Shown: piece by piece, positions 1-6,245 of the stretch
Layout: every line of letters starts with the position of its first letter
Position numbering within the stretch: the first letter of the stretch is position 1
Origin: a virus
Taxonomy: Duplodnaviria; Heunggongvirae; Uroviricota; Caudoviricetes
Length of the DNA: 6,245 bases
IMG/VR virus record: IMGVR_UViG_3300014625_000039
Direction: 5' to 3' (one strand)
Notes under the pieces: model-generated
What the model saw: only the letters and a program-made list of their open reading frames with translations
What the model was told of the DNA's origin: nothing
The model's database searches: none
Program-made: the position numbers and the translations under genes

Positions 1-44
1 ATAAAACCGGGTGATGCAAAAGTAGCCATTTGATTCACAAGGCC

Positions 45-73
45 ATTGACGCATCGCCCGGTTAGTTTTAACC
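45..73 (+). promoter_or_regulatory. Possible sigma70 promoter for the tRNA gene (-35 TTGACG 45-50, 17-bp spacer, -10 TAACCT 68-73)
   Basis: Hexamers read directly from the sequence; the -35 is near consensus and the -10 is weak. Position is appropriate for a transcript with a short leader before the tRNA at 115. Not validated. Confidence 0.25.
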
Positions 74-114
74 TTGTCCACCGTGATTCACGTTCGTGAA
101 CATGTCCTTTCAGG

Positions 115-190
115 GCCGATATAGCTCAGTTGGTAGAGCAGCGCATTCGTAATGCGAAGGTCGTAGGTTCGACTCCTATTATCGGCACCA
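115..190 (+). tRNA. thrW: tRNA-Thr, anticodon CGU
   Basis: Folded by hand into a 76-nt cloverleaf: acceptor stem GCCGATA(115-121)/TATCGGC(180-186), D-stem GCTC/GAGC, anticodon loop TTCGTAA with CGT at 148-150, T-loop TTCGACT, discriminator A and encoded CCA (188-190). Anticodon CGU reads ACG (Thr). The symbol is by analogy to enterobacterial thrW, a known phage integration target. Confidence 0.9.
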
Positions 191-204
191 TTTAAATCAA
201 GTAG

Positions 205-1368
205 TTACACATCATTAGTACCTTCCTTATTTTTTGACTGGGACAAATTTGGGACCGATGGGTTCAGGATCGAGTCTATTTGCCGTGCGTGTTCTGTAAG
301 GTGATTAGGTGCAAGGTGAGCATATCGACGAACCATTTCGATAGACTCCCAGCCTCCCATTTCCTGTAACACTGACAACGGGACTCCGGCTTGAACCAGC
401 CAACTTGCCCAGGTGTGTCTCAAGTCGTGAAATCTGAAATCATCAATACCAGCCCGTCTCAGCGCCGCTTTCCAGGCTGTGTTTGCGTCATACCGCATCT
501 TCCTTACTGTTGGCGCTTTCGTTCCGTCTGGTTTGGTACAGCTTTCCTTGTACACAAATACCCAACGGTGATGATTCCCGATTTGTTTTTTCAAAACGCG
601 ACATGCAGTATCATTCAGCGCAACGCCGATTGCGCGGTTTGATTTACTCTCTTCCGGGTTTATCCATGCCACCCGGCGCTGCATATCTATTTGTTGCCAT
701 TCAAGGTTGATGATGTTCGAGCGTCTTAAGCCTGTTGCCAGTGCAAATTCAACAACAGACTTTAATGGCTCTGGACATTCATCAATCAGCCTTTGTGCTT
801 CATGGGGCTCCAGCCAGCGGATCCGTTTATTCTTTGGTTGAGGCACTTTAATAATTGGTGCCTTATCCAGCATTTTCCATTCACGCTCTGCGGCTCTTAG
901 TAGGGCCTTTATAAATGAAAGATGCGTAGCCTTCGTTGCAACGGACGCTGGTTTTGGCGTGTATTCTGGAACAGGTTTCCCTTTTTTTCTGCATGCTTCT
1001 GCCCTGAGTTTCCAGTTTTCCTCATGACGCCGGTTCGTCATTTTCTGCATTGCTGAATAAATTTTTGATTCAGTAATGTCTCTTAGTTGCATTCCTGCGA
1101 AATGTTGAAGCCAGAATCCGATCCGGCTTTTGTCATCGTCCAGTGATTTTTTATGTGCTTTCTCTTCAAGCCACCTGACACACGCTTCCTCGAACGTTAT
1201 ATCAGGTATTTCACCAAGTTTGCTGACCCGCCATGCTTCAGCCTTTAGCTTGTCATGGAGTTCTGTCGCCTGCCTTTTGTCCTTTGTTCCAAGAGACTGT
1301 TTAAATCTTTTACCGTTCGGCAATGTGAAACTGGCGTACCATATTTCACCTCTGCGGAAGAGTGACAT
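205..1368 (-). CDS. int: Site-specific tyrosine integrase, P22 Int-like
   Basis: 387-aa ORF with ATG at 1368-1366 preceded by AGGA. The C-terminal catalytic region [39 protein letters not shown] carries the R..H..R..Y tyrosine-recombinase signature. The N-terminus [24 protein letters not shown] closely matches my recollection of phage P22 Int, which also integrates at thrW. Confidence 0.93.
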   Translation of the reverse strand: MSLFRRGEIWYASFTLPNGKRFKQSLGTKDKRQATELHDKLKAEAWRVSKLGEIPDITFEEACVRWLEEKAHKKSLDDDKSRIGFWLQHFAGMQLRDITESKIYSAMQKMTNRRHEENWKLRAEACRKKGKPVPEYTPKPASVATKATHLSFIKALLRAAEREWKMLDKAPIIKVPQPKNKRIRWLEPHEAQRLIDECPEPLKSVVEFALATGLRRSNIINLEWQQIDMQRRVAWINPEESKSNRAIGVALNDTACRVLKKQIGNHHRWVFVYKESCTKPDGTKAPTVRKMRYDANTAWKAALRRAGIDDFRFHDLRHTWASWLVQAGVPLSVLQEMGGWESIEMVRRYAHLAPNHLTEHARQIDSILNPSVPNLSQSKNKEGTNDV

Positions 1369-1595
1369 TTTCTTTCCTCTGTTATGCCATCACCCGCGCT
1401 CACCTGGACAGTATGCAGCGGAGACTGAAGAGCCGCAATGCAGGCTTGTCGTGTTGTGAGGTAAGGAGATTTATTCTTAGTGGGATCTTTGCGTGTTGCC
1501 TGAAGACGCCCTGTGCGTATCCAGTTAATGGCAGTCGGTCTGGATATCTTGAGAAAATGACAGGCCTCATCGAGTGTGAGGCTGTATGGCTCCAT
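1245..1595 (-). CDS. xis: Excisionase (Xis), P22-like, with helix-turn-helix
   Basis: Start taken at the internal Met (ATG 1595-1593) preceded by GAGGTG, not at the 144-aa maximal ORF start. The 116-aa product begins [31 protein letters not shown], a Xis/AlpA-type DNA-binding motif. Its 3-prime end overlaps the int 5-prime end by 124 nt in another frame. Confidence 0.8.
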   Translation of the reverse strand: MEPYSLTLDEACHFLKISRPTAINWIRTGRLQATRKDPTKNKSPYLTTRQACIAALQSPLHTVQVSAGDGITEERKCHSSAEVKYGTPVSHCRTVKDLNSLLEQRTKGRRQNSMTS

Positions 1596-1900
1596 TATTT
1601 CACCTCTTGCTGTGACATTGTTGAAAAATGGATACCAGCTCGTTGCTGCCAGACGATCCAACCGAGAGTCATATCCCATGCCATGTATTCGTTATCGCCG
1701 TTTTTTGCTCTCCGACGATCTACTAAGTCACCGAAACGCTTTTCCATGAATAATTCATAAGCTTCGCGTTCATCTGGTTCTACTTCCAGCGATAGGAGTG
1801 CGATTTCATAAGCACGGCGCTCAATATCGTCTCGCACGTCAAGGCTGCTGATACGCTCTTTAATTTCTTTAATCAGTTCTTTGTCGGTAAAAGTGATCAT
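1595..1900 (-). CDS. Hypothetical small acidic phage protein (101 aa), function unknown
   Basis: Complete ORF; its stop overlaps the xis start as TAATG, and its own start overlaps the upstream gene stop in the same way. GGAGG lies about 10 nt upstream of the ATG. Rich in Asp/Glu; no motif I can name. Confidence 0.6.
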   Translation of the reverse strand: MITFTDKELIKEIKERISSLDVRDDIERRAYEIALLSLEVEPDEREAYELFMEKRFGDLVDRRRAKNGDNEYMAWDMTLGWIVWQQRAGIHFSTMSQQEVK

Positions 1901-2262
1901 TATGCTCCAGCCTCCGGTGCTTTTGGCATTATTGCCCAGTGAGTGATATTGACGTTTTCAAGGTCCCCGACCTGAAATGTCCACTGCCATTCTCCGGTTT
2001 CTTTTTGTCCCCAGGTGTACCAGAGAGAACGCCAGCCAATTAGCCAGCCTTCTCCGTTAGCATCGAATAACAAAACACTTTCATTTGCTGGTGGCAGTTC
2101 AGTTGACACTGGTATTACTTTGTTTTCCTGTGCTGCACATTTAGCTTCAAGCGCATCGAATTTACGCACCAGGTATTCAGCATCTGTTTCATTCACTTTC
2201 AGATCTCGCGGTACACATCTCCCACGAAGAAACCCTTCCATTTCGAAAACATTCATGCGCAT
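1900..2262 (-). CDS. DUF551-like phage protein (120 aa)
   Basis: The C-terminal half (GEGWLIGWRSLWYTWGQKETGEWQWTFQVGDLENVNITHWAIMPKAPE) shows the Trp-rich pattern ending in THW..P..PE that I associate with the phage DUF551 family. TAATG-coupled to the downstream gene. Start codon uncertain (ATG at 2262 or 2256, no clear SD). Confidence 0.65.
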   Translation of the reverse strand: MRMNVFEMEGFLRGRCVPRDLKVNETDAEYLVRKFDALEAKCAAQENKVIPVSTELPPANESVLLFDANGEGWLIGWRSLWYTWGQKETGEWQWTFQVGDLENVNITHWAIMPKAPEAGA

Positions 2263-2287
2263 TTGCGTATCAAAGTGGCTGTTGCGG

Positions 2288-2560
2288 ATGATGATTGTGC
2301 TTCACGTCATGTGCCTGCTGCCGCTGCTGACCGGTTGCGGAAGTACGCGAACAGTTTACGTACCGATTCCGGCGGTACCGTTGCCAGCAAGCCTGACTAC
2401 TGAAACTCCCCAGCCAGTCATTCCCGAGCCGCTGACCTATGGGGCCAGTCTGGATCTGAATGTGAGCCTGCTTTCGGCGTTGGGACAATGCAATATTGAC
2501 AAAGCGGGGATTCGAAGTATCGAGATGCGCCGTAACGCTTTGCTGGCAGCAGTCAAATAG
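2288..2560 (+). CDS. Putative outer-membrane lipoprotein, proline-rich, Rz1/o-spanin-like (about 90 aa)
   Basis: N-terminus MMIVLHVMCLLPLLTGC is a hydrophobic signal peptide ending in the lipobox LLTG|C, followed by a Pro-rich segment (VYVPIPAVPLPASLTTETPQPVIPEP) and a later Cys. An alternative start at ATG 2255 would add a basic n-region (MRICVSKWLLR). No clear SD at either start. Confidence 0.45.
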   Translation: MMIVLHVMCLLPLLTGCGSTRTVYVPIPAVPLPASLTTETPQPVIPEPLTYGASLDLNVSLLSALGQCNIDKAGIRSIEMRRNALLAAVK

Positions 2561-2586
2561 TCCGGACAAAGAACAGGAATATATTT

Positions 2587-2937
2587 ATGCCCCCTCGAAC
2601 TCCAAAAGCCTGCCGCGTTCGCGGCTGCCGTAATACCACGACAGACCCGTCAGGCTACTGCGAAAGCCACAAAAGCGAAGGCTGGAAGCAATACAAGTCA
2701 GGACAATCCCGTCATCAGCGCGGTTATGGTTCTAAGTGGGATGTTATCCGTGTGCGTGTGCTGCAACGTGACAAAGGCCTGTGTCAGTTATGTCTGCGTG
2801 CTGGTGTGGCGCGTGAAGCGAAAACCGTTGATCACATCATCCCTAAAGCACATGGCGGCACTGATGCCGACAGTAATCTGCAGAGTCTGTGCTGGCCGTG
2901 TCATAAGGCGAAGACGGCCCGTGAACGGCTTAAGTGA
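2587..2937 (+). CDS. HNH endonuclease (terminase-associated type)
   Basis: 116-aa ORF with AGGA 8 nt upstream of the ATG. Cys pairs (CRVRGC, CQLC, CWPC) and the HNH core DHIIPKAHGG...N...H are present. Its position immediately upstream of terS/terL is typical of HK97-like packaging modules. Confidence 0.85.
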   Translation: MPPRTPKACRVRGCRNTTTDPSGYCESHKSEGWKQYKSGQSRHQRGYGSKWDVIRVRVLQRDKGLCQLCLRAGVAREAKTVDHIIPKAHGGTDADSNLQSLCWPCHKAKTARERLK

Positions 2938-3062
2938 TAATAACTCTCAACTGTCTGAGGGGAGGGGCGGGTCAAATCTCTGTGACCTGACGTCTTCCGG
3001 ACTGCCCGCCCCATCGTTTTTTTATACCCGCGAAAAATGAAATTTAACCAGGAGTGCCGCAT
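2938..3062. promoter_or_regulatory. Intergenic region between HNH and terS: candidate cos / packaging-initiation site
   Basis: 125-bp non-coding gap exactly where HK97-like phages place cos (between the HNH gene and terS). It contains the G-rich run GAGGGGAGGGGCGGG and an 8-bp inverted repeat GGGGCGGG (2964-2971) / CCCGCCCC (3005-3012). Assignment is by position and composition only. Confidence 0.35.
2964..3023 (+). terminator. Possible intrinsic terminator-like hairpin with T-run (alternative reading of the cos-region repeat)
   Basis: GC stem GGGGCGGG/CCCGCCCC followed 4 nt later by TTTTTTT (3017-3023). The 33-nt loop is long for a classical terminator, so this is weak. Confidence 0.3.
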
Positions 3063-3557
3063 ATGGCTGGAACGGCGGGGCGTTCCGGGCGTCGCCCCAA
3101 GCCAACGGCGCGCAAGGCGCTGGCCGGAAACCCCGGCAAGCGAGCCCTGAACAAAGATGAACCTGTTTTTACGCCCATCAAAGGCGTTGAGCCACCGGAG
3201 TGGTTCGCAGAAGAAAATCTCCCTCTCGCCACGATCATGTGGCAACTGACAACCAAAGAACTCTGCGGTCAGGGCCTGTTGTGCGTGACTGACCTCGCGG
3301 TGCTTGAGCGGTGGTGCGTGGCCTATGAGTTCTGGCGACGTGCCGTGAAAAATATTGCCATACAGGGCAACACCATCACCGGTGCAATGGGCGGCAGGGT
3401 CAAAAATCCGGAGCTGACCGCCAAAAAAGAACAGGAGTCCGAGATGAGCAGCACGGGGGCAATGCTCGGACTCGACCCCAGCAGCCGCCAGCGTCTGATT
3501 GGCCTGGCGGGGCAGAAGAAAGCCACTAACCCGTTTCTGAAAATCATCGAGTCATGA
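3063..3557 (+). CDS. terS: Terminase small subunit (P27/HK97-like family)
   Basis: Start chosen at ATG 3063, with AGGAG 8 nt upstream; the ORF track's upstream start at 3054 is GTG. The basic N-terminus ([29 protein letters not shown]) and overall length fit P27-type small terminases. Its stop overlaps the terL start (ATGA at 3554-3557). Confidence 0.8.
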   Translation: MAGTAGRSGRRPKPTARKALAGNPGKRALNKDEPVFTPIKGVEPPEWFAEENLPLATIMWQLTTKELCGQGLLCVTDLAVLERWCVAYEFWRRAVKNIAIQGNTITGAMGGRVKNPELTAKKEQESEMSSTGAMLGLDPSSRQRLIGLAGQKKATNPFLKIIES

Positions 3558-5287
3558 GCCGGAAATCTTACCCCAACGTAAATGCTGCCAATCAGTATGC
3601 CCGTGATGTTGTGCGCGGAAAGATTGTGGCCTGCCAGTTTGTGATTCAGGCCTGCCAGCGCCATCTTGATGACCTGATGGCGGAAAAAAGTAAGTCGTTT
3701 CGTTACCGCTTCGACAAGGACCTGGCTGAACGGGCCGCCAAATTTATTCAGCTGTTGCCGCACACCAAGGGTGAGTGGGCATTCAAGAGGATGCCCATCA
3801 CGCTGGAGCCGTGGCAGCTATTTGTGGTCTGCTGTGCGTTTGGCTGGGTCAATAAAGGGTCCCGGCTGCGCCGCTTCCGGGAGGTGTATACCGAAATCCC
3901 CCGTAAGAACGGCAAATCGGCAATCTCTGCCGGTGTTGCCCTGTATTGTTTTGCCTGTGATAACGAGTTTGGCGCGGAAGTGTATTCCGGTGCCACGACA
4001 GAGAAACAGGCGTGGGAAGTCTTTCGCCCGGCGCGACTGATGTGTAAACGCACACCCATGCTGACGGAAGCGTTCGGGATTGAGGTTAACGCCTCAAACA
4101 TGAATCGTCCGGAGGATGGCGCGCGGTTTGAACCGCTGATCGGTAACCCCGGTGATGGTTCATCACCCCACTGTGCGGTGGTGGATGAATATCACGAGCA
4201 CGCCACCGATGCGCTTTACACCACGATGCTTACCGGGATGGGGGCGCGACGTCAGCCACTGATGTGGGCCATTACTACTGCCGGGTACAACATTGAGGGG
4301 CCGTGCTACGACAAGCGACGGGAAGTTATCGAGATGCTCAACGGGTCGGTACCCAACGATGAACTGTTCGGGATCATCTATACCGTTGACGAAGGCGATG
4401 ACTGGACCGACCCGCAGGTGCTGGAAAAAGCTAACCCGAATATTGGCGTGTCGGTTTATCGCGAATTTTTGTTAAGTCAGCAGCAGCGTGCGAAAAATAA
4501 CGCCCGTCTGGCAAACGTCTTTAAAACAAAACACCTCAATATCTGGGTGTCGGCGCGTTCGGCGTATTTCAACCTGGTGAGCTGGCAGAGCTGCGAGGAT
4601 AAATCACTGACCCTTGAGCAGTTCGAGGGGCAGCCGTGCATTCTGGCCTTTGACCTGGCGCGTAAACTGGATATGAACAGCATGGCGCGACTTTATACCC
4701 GCGAGATTGACGGTAAAACGCATTACTACAGTGTGGCCCCGCGTTTCTGGGTACCGTATGACACGGTGTACAGCGTCGAGAAAAATGAAGATCTACGGAC
4801 AGCCGAACGCTTTCAGAAATGGGTGGAAATGGGCGTTCTGACCGTTACCGATGGTGCGGAAGTGGATTATCGCTACATCCTCGAGGAGGCTAAAGCGGCG
4901 AACAAAATCAGCCCGGTCAGTGAGTCACCCATCGACCCCTTCGGGGCGACCGGGCTGTCACATGACCTTGCTGATGAAGACCTGAACCCCATCACTATCA
5001 TTCAGAACTACACCAACATGTCCGATCCGATGAAAGAGCTGGAAGCGGCAATTGAATCGGGGCGCTTTCATCATGATGGCAATCCCATCATGACCTGGTG
5101 TATCGGCAACGTGGTCGGCAAAACCATTCCGGGTAACGATGATGTGGTGAAGCCCGTCAAAGAGCAGGCGGAAAACAAAATCGATGGTGCAGTTGCGCTG
5201 ATTATGGCGGTTGGCAGAGCCATGCTGTACGAGAAAGAAGACACGCTGTCTGACCACATTGAGTCCTATGGGATCCGCTCGCTTTAA
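3554..5287 (+). CDS. terL: Terminase large subunit (HK97-like Terminase_1 family)
   Basis: 577-aa ORF with a deviant Walker A (EIPRKNGKS) in the N-terminal ATPase region and an acidic-residue-rich C-terminal nuclease-like region. Translationally coupled to terS. Confidence 0.93.
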
Positions 5288-5298
5288 CTGAGGTAATT

Positions 5299-5481
5299 AT
5301 GATCATGCTGATTCTCGCGCCTCTGGTGGGCGTGCTGGGGGCGCTTTTGCTGGCGTATGGTGCCTGGCTGATTTATCCCCCGGCGGGGTTTGTTGTTGCC
5401 GGGGCGTTGTGCCTGTTCTGGTCGTGGCTGGTGGCGCGATATCTCGACCGTACACAGTCGTCTGTCGGCGGAGGTAAATAG
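5299..5481 (+). CDS. Small membrane protein, two predicted transmembrane helices (60 aa); function unknown
   Basis: GAGG lies 5 nt upstream of ATG 5299. Sequence [60 protein letters not shown] has two hydrophobic segments separated by a YPP turn and a polar C-terminal tail. Its stop TAG overlaps the GTG start of the portal gene. Confidence 0.5.
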
Positions 5482-6245
5482 TGTTCTTTTCGGGATTATT
5501 TCAACGAAAAAGTGTCGCACCAGTGACCACGCCAGCAGAGCTGGCGGATGCTATCGGGTTGTCCTACGACACCTATACCGGAAAGCAGATCAGCAGCCAG
5601 CGGGCCATGCGACTGACGGCGGTTTTTTCCTGCGTCAGGGTGCTGGCAGAGTCGGTCGGGATGTTGCCCTGCAATCTGTATCACCTGAACGGCAGCCTGA
5701 AAAAGAGAGCCACCGGCGAGCGTCTGCATAAGCTGATCTCCACGCATCCCAATGGCTATATGACGCCGCAGGAGTTCTGGGAGCTGGTGGTCACCTGTCT
5801 GTGCTTGCGGGGAAACTTTTACGCCTACAAAGTGAAAGCATTTGGCGAAGTGGCTGAACTGCTGCCCGTCGATCCCGGCTGTGTGGTACCGAAGCTTAAC
5901 AGTAGCTGGGAGCCGGTCTATCAGGTCACATTCCCGGACGGCTCCACGGATGTACTGAGCCAGGAAGATATCTGGCATGTGCGCACGCTGACGCTGGACG
6001 GTCTGGTGGGACTGAATCCCATCGCCTATGCCCGCGAGGCAATATCGCTGGCAGCTGCGACCGAAGAGCACGGGGCCAGACTGTTCAGCAATGGTGCGGT
6101 GACGTCCGGTGTGTTGCGTACAGAGCAGACGCTGTCGGATCAGGCTTATGAGCGCCTGAAGAAAGATTTTGAGGAGCGTCACACCGGGCTTGGCAATGCT
6201 CACCGCCCGATGATCCTTGAGATGGGGCTGGACTGGAAGTCGATG
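5481..6245 (+). CDS. Portal protein, HK97 family, N-terminal 255 codons (3-prime end beyond window)
   Basis: Not in the ORF track because it is open to the window end. Hand translation from GTG 5481 (GGAGG 7 nt upstream) gives [104 protein letters not shown]..., uninterrupted to position 6245. This resembles HK97-type portal N-termini and sits in the expected place after terL. Confidence 0.85.
   Translation, partial: MFFSGLFQRKSVAPVTTPAELADAIGLSYDTYTGKQISSQRAMRLTAVFSCVRVLAESVGMLPCNLYHLNGSLKKRATGERLHKLISTHPNGYMTPQEFWELVVTCLCLRGNFYAYKVKAFGEVAELLPVDPGCVVPKLNSSWEPVYQVTFPDGSTDVLSQEDIWHVRTLTLDGLVGLNPIAYAREAISLAAATEEHGARLFSNGAVTSGVLRTEQTLSDQAYERLKKDFEERHTGLGNAHRPMILEMGLDWKSM

Larger units (their letters stand above)
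170..6245. mobile_element. Left end of an integrated phage-like element (prophage remnant or satellite-like island) inserted at the tRNA-Thr 3-prime end; extends beyond the window
   Basis: An integrase stop codon lies 15 bp from the tRNA 3-prime end, followed by excisionase, phage accessory genes and a terminase/portal module. Exact attL core boundaries cannot be set without the attR copy, which is outside the window. Confidence 0.8.

Noticed and set aside
191-240. Possible tRNA terminator in the T-run near 228-233
   Set aside because: No convincing GC-rich hairpin precedes the T-run, and the region is inside the integrase 3-prime coding end. Cannot be supported from sequence alone.
1245-1679. 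144-aa extended version of the xis ORF
   Set aside because: The extra 28 N-terminal codons overlap the upstream gene. The internal ATG at 1595 has a good SD and gives a 116-aa product typical of excisionases.
391-1760. Several + strand ORFs (391-642, 483-710, 1130-1459, 1362-1760) inside the int/xis region
   Set aside because: All are antisense to the well-supported integrase and excisionase genes and have no domain signatures.
2015-2560. Full 181-aa + strand ORF (N-terminal extension of the lipoprotein)
   Set aside because: The first 80 or so codons are antisense to the DUF551 gene and precede the signal peptide. The biologically sensible start is at 2288, or possibly 2255.
2270-2569. 99-aa minus-strand ORF covering the lipoprotein locus
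   Set aside because: It is the antisense of a + strand ORF that has a clear signal peptide and lipobox. Its product is Gln/Arg/Ser-rich low-complexity sequence with no recognisable motif or SD.
2901-3245. 114-aa and 70-aa minus-strand ORFs spanning the HNH end, the intergenic region and the terS start
   Set aside because: They overlap the candidate cos region and the terS 5-prime end in antisense. Arg/Gly-rich translations are typical of GC-rich non-coding frames.
3323-3763. 146-aa minus-strand ORF across the terS/terL junction
   Set aside because: Antisense to two well-supported, translationally coupled terminase genes, with no motif support.
3748-5520. Short minus-strand and alternative-frame + ORFs inside terL and the membrane-protein gene (e.g. 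3748-4101, 3771-4040, 4958-5257, 5284-5520)
   Set aside because: Embedded in the terL reading frame or overlapping it in other frames; Arg/Pro/Gly-rich artefacts of GC-rich coding DNA.
5496-6203. 235-aa minus-strand ORF
   Set aside because: Lies fully inside and antisense to the portal reading frame, which has strong protein-family character. Typical antisense shadow ORF.
1-6245. CRISPR arrays, insertion sequences, rRNA genes
   Set aside because: I found no regularly spaced direct repeats, no transposase-like ORF with terminal inverted repeats, and no rRNA-like sequence.

Overview
The window opens with about 114 bp of host-like sequence and a tRNA-Thr(CGU) gene (115-190, + strand), followed directly by the left end of an integrated phage-like element. 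On the minus strand sit a P22-type tyrosine integrase (205-1368), an overlapping excisionase (1245-1595) and two small translationally coupled accessory genes (an acidic 101-aa protein and a DUF551-like 120-aa protein). Diverging on the plus strand from about 2288 are a proline-rich lipoprotein (Rz1/o-spanin-like), an HNH endonuclease, a 125-bp intergenic region with a GC inverted repeat and T-run (candidate cos/terminator), terminase small and large subunits, a 60-aa two-helix membrane protein, and the 5-prime part of an HK97-family portal gene that runs off the window. The most notable aspect is that the integration module abuts the head-packaging module with no immunity, replication or complete lysis genes between them; this fits either a deletion-decayed prophage or a compact capsid-encoding satellite-like element. 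All calls come from reading the translated ORFs, motifs and hand-checked start/stop codons; no database search or computation was run, and family names are from memory.
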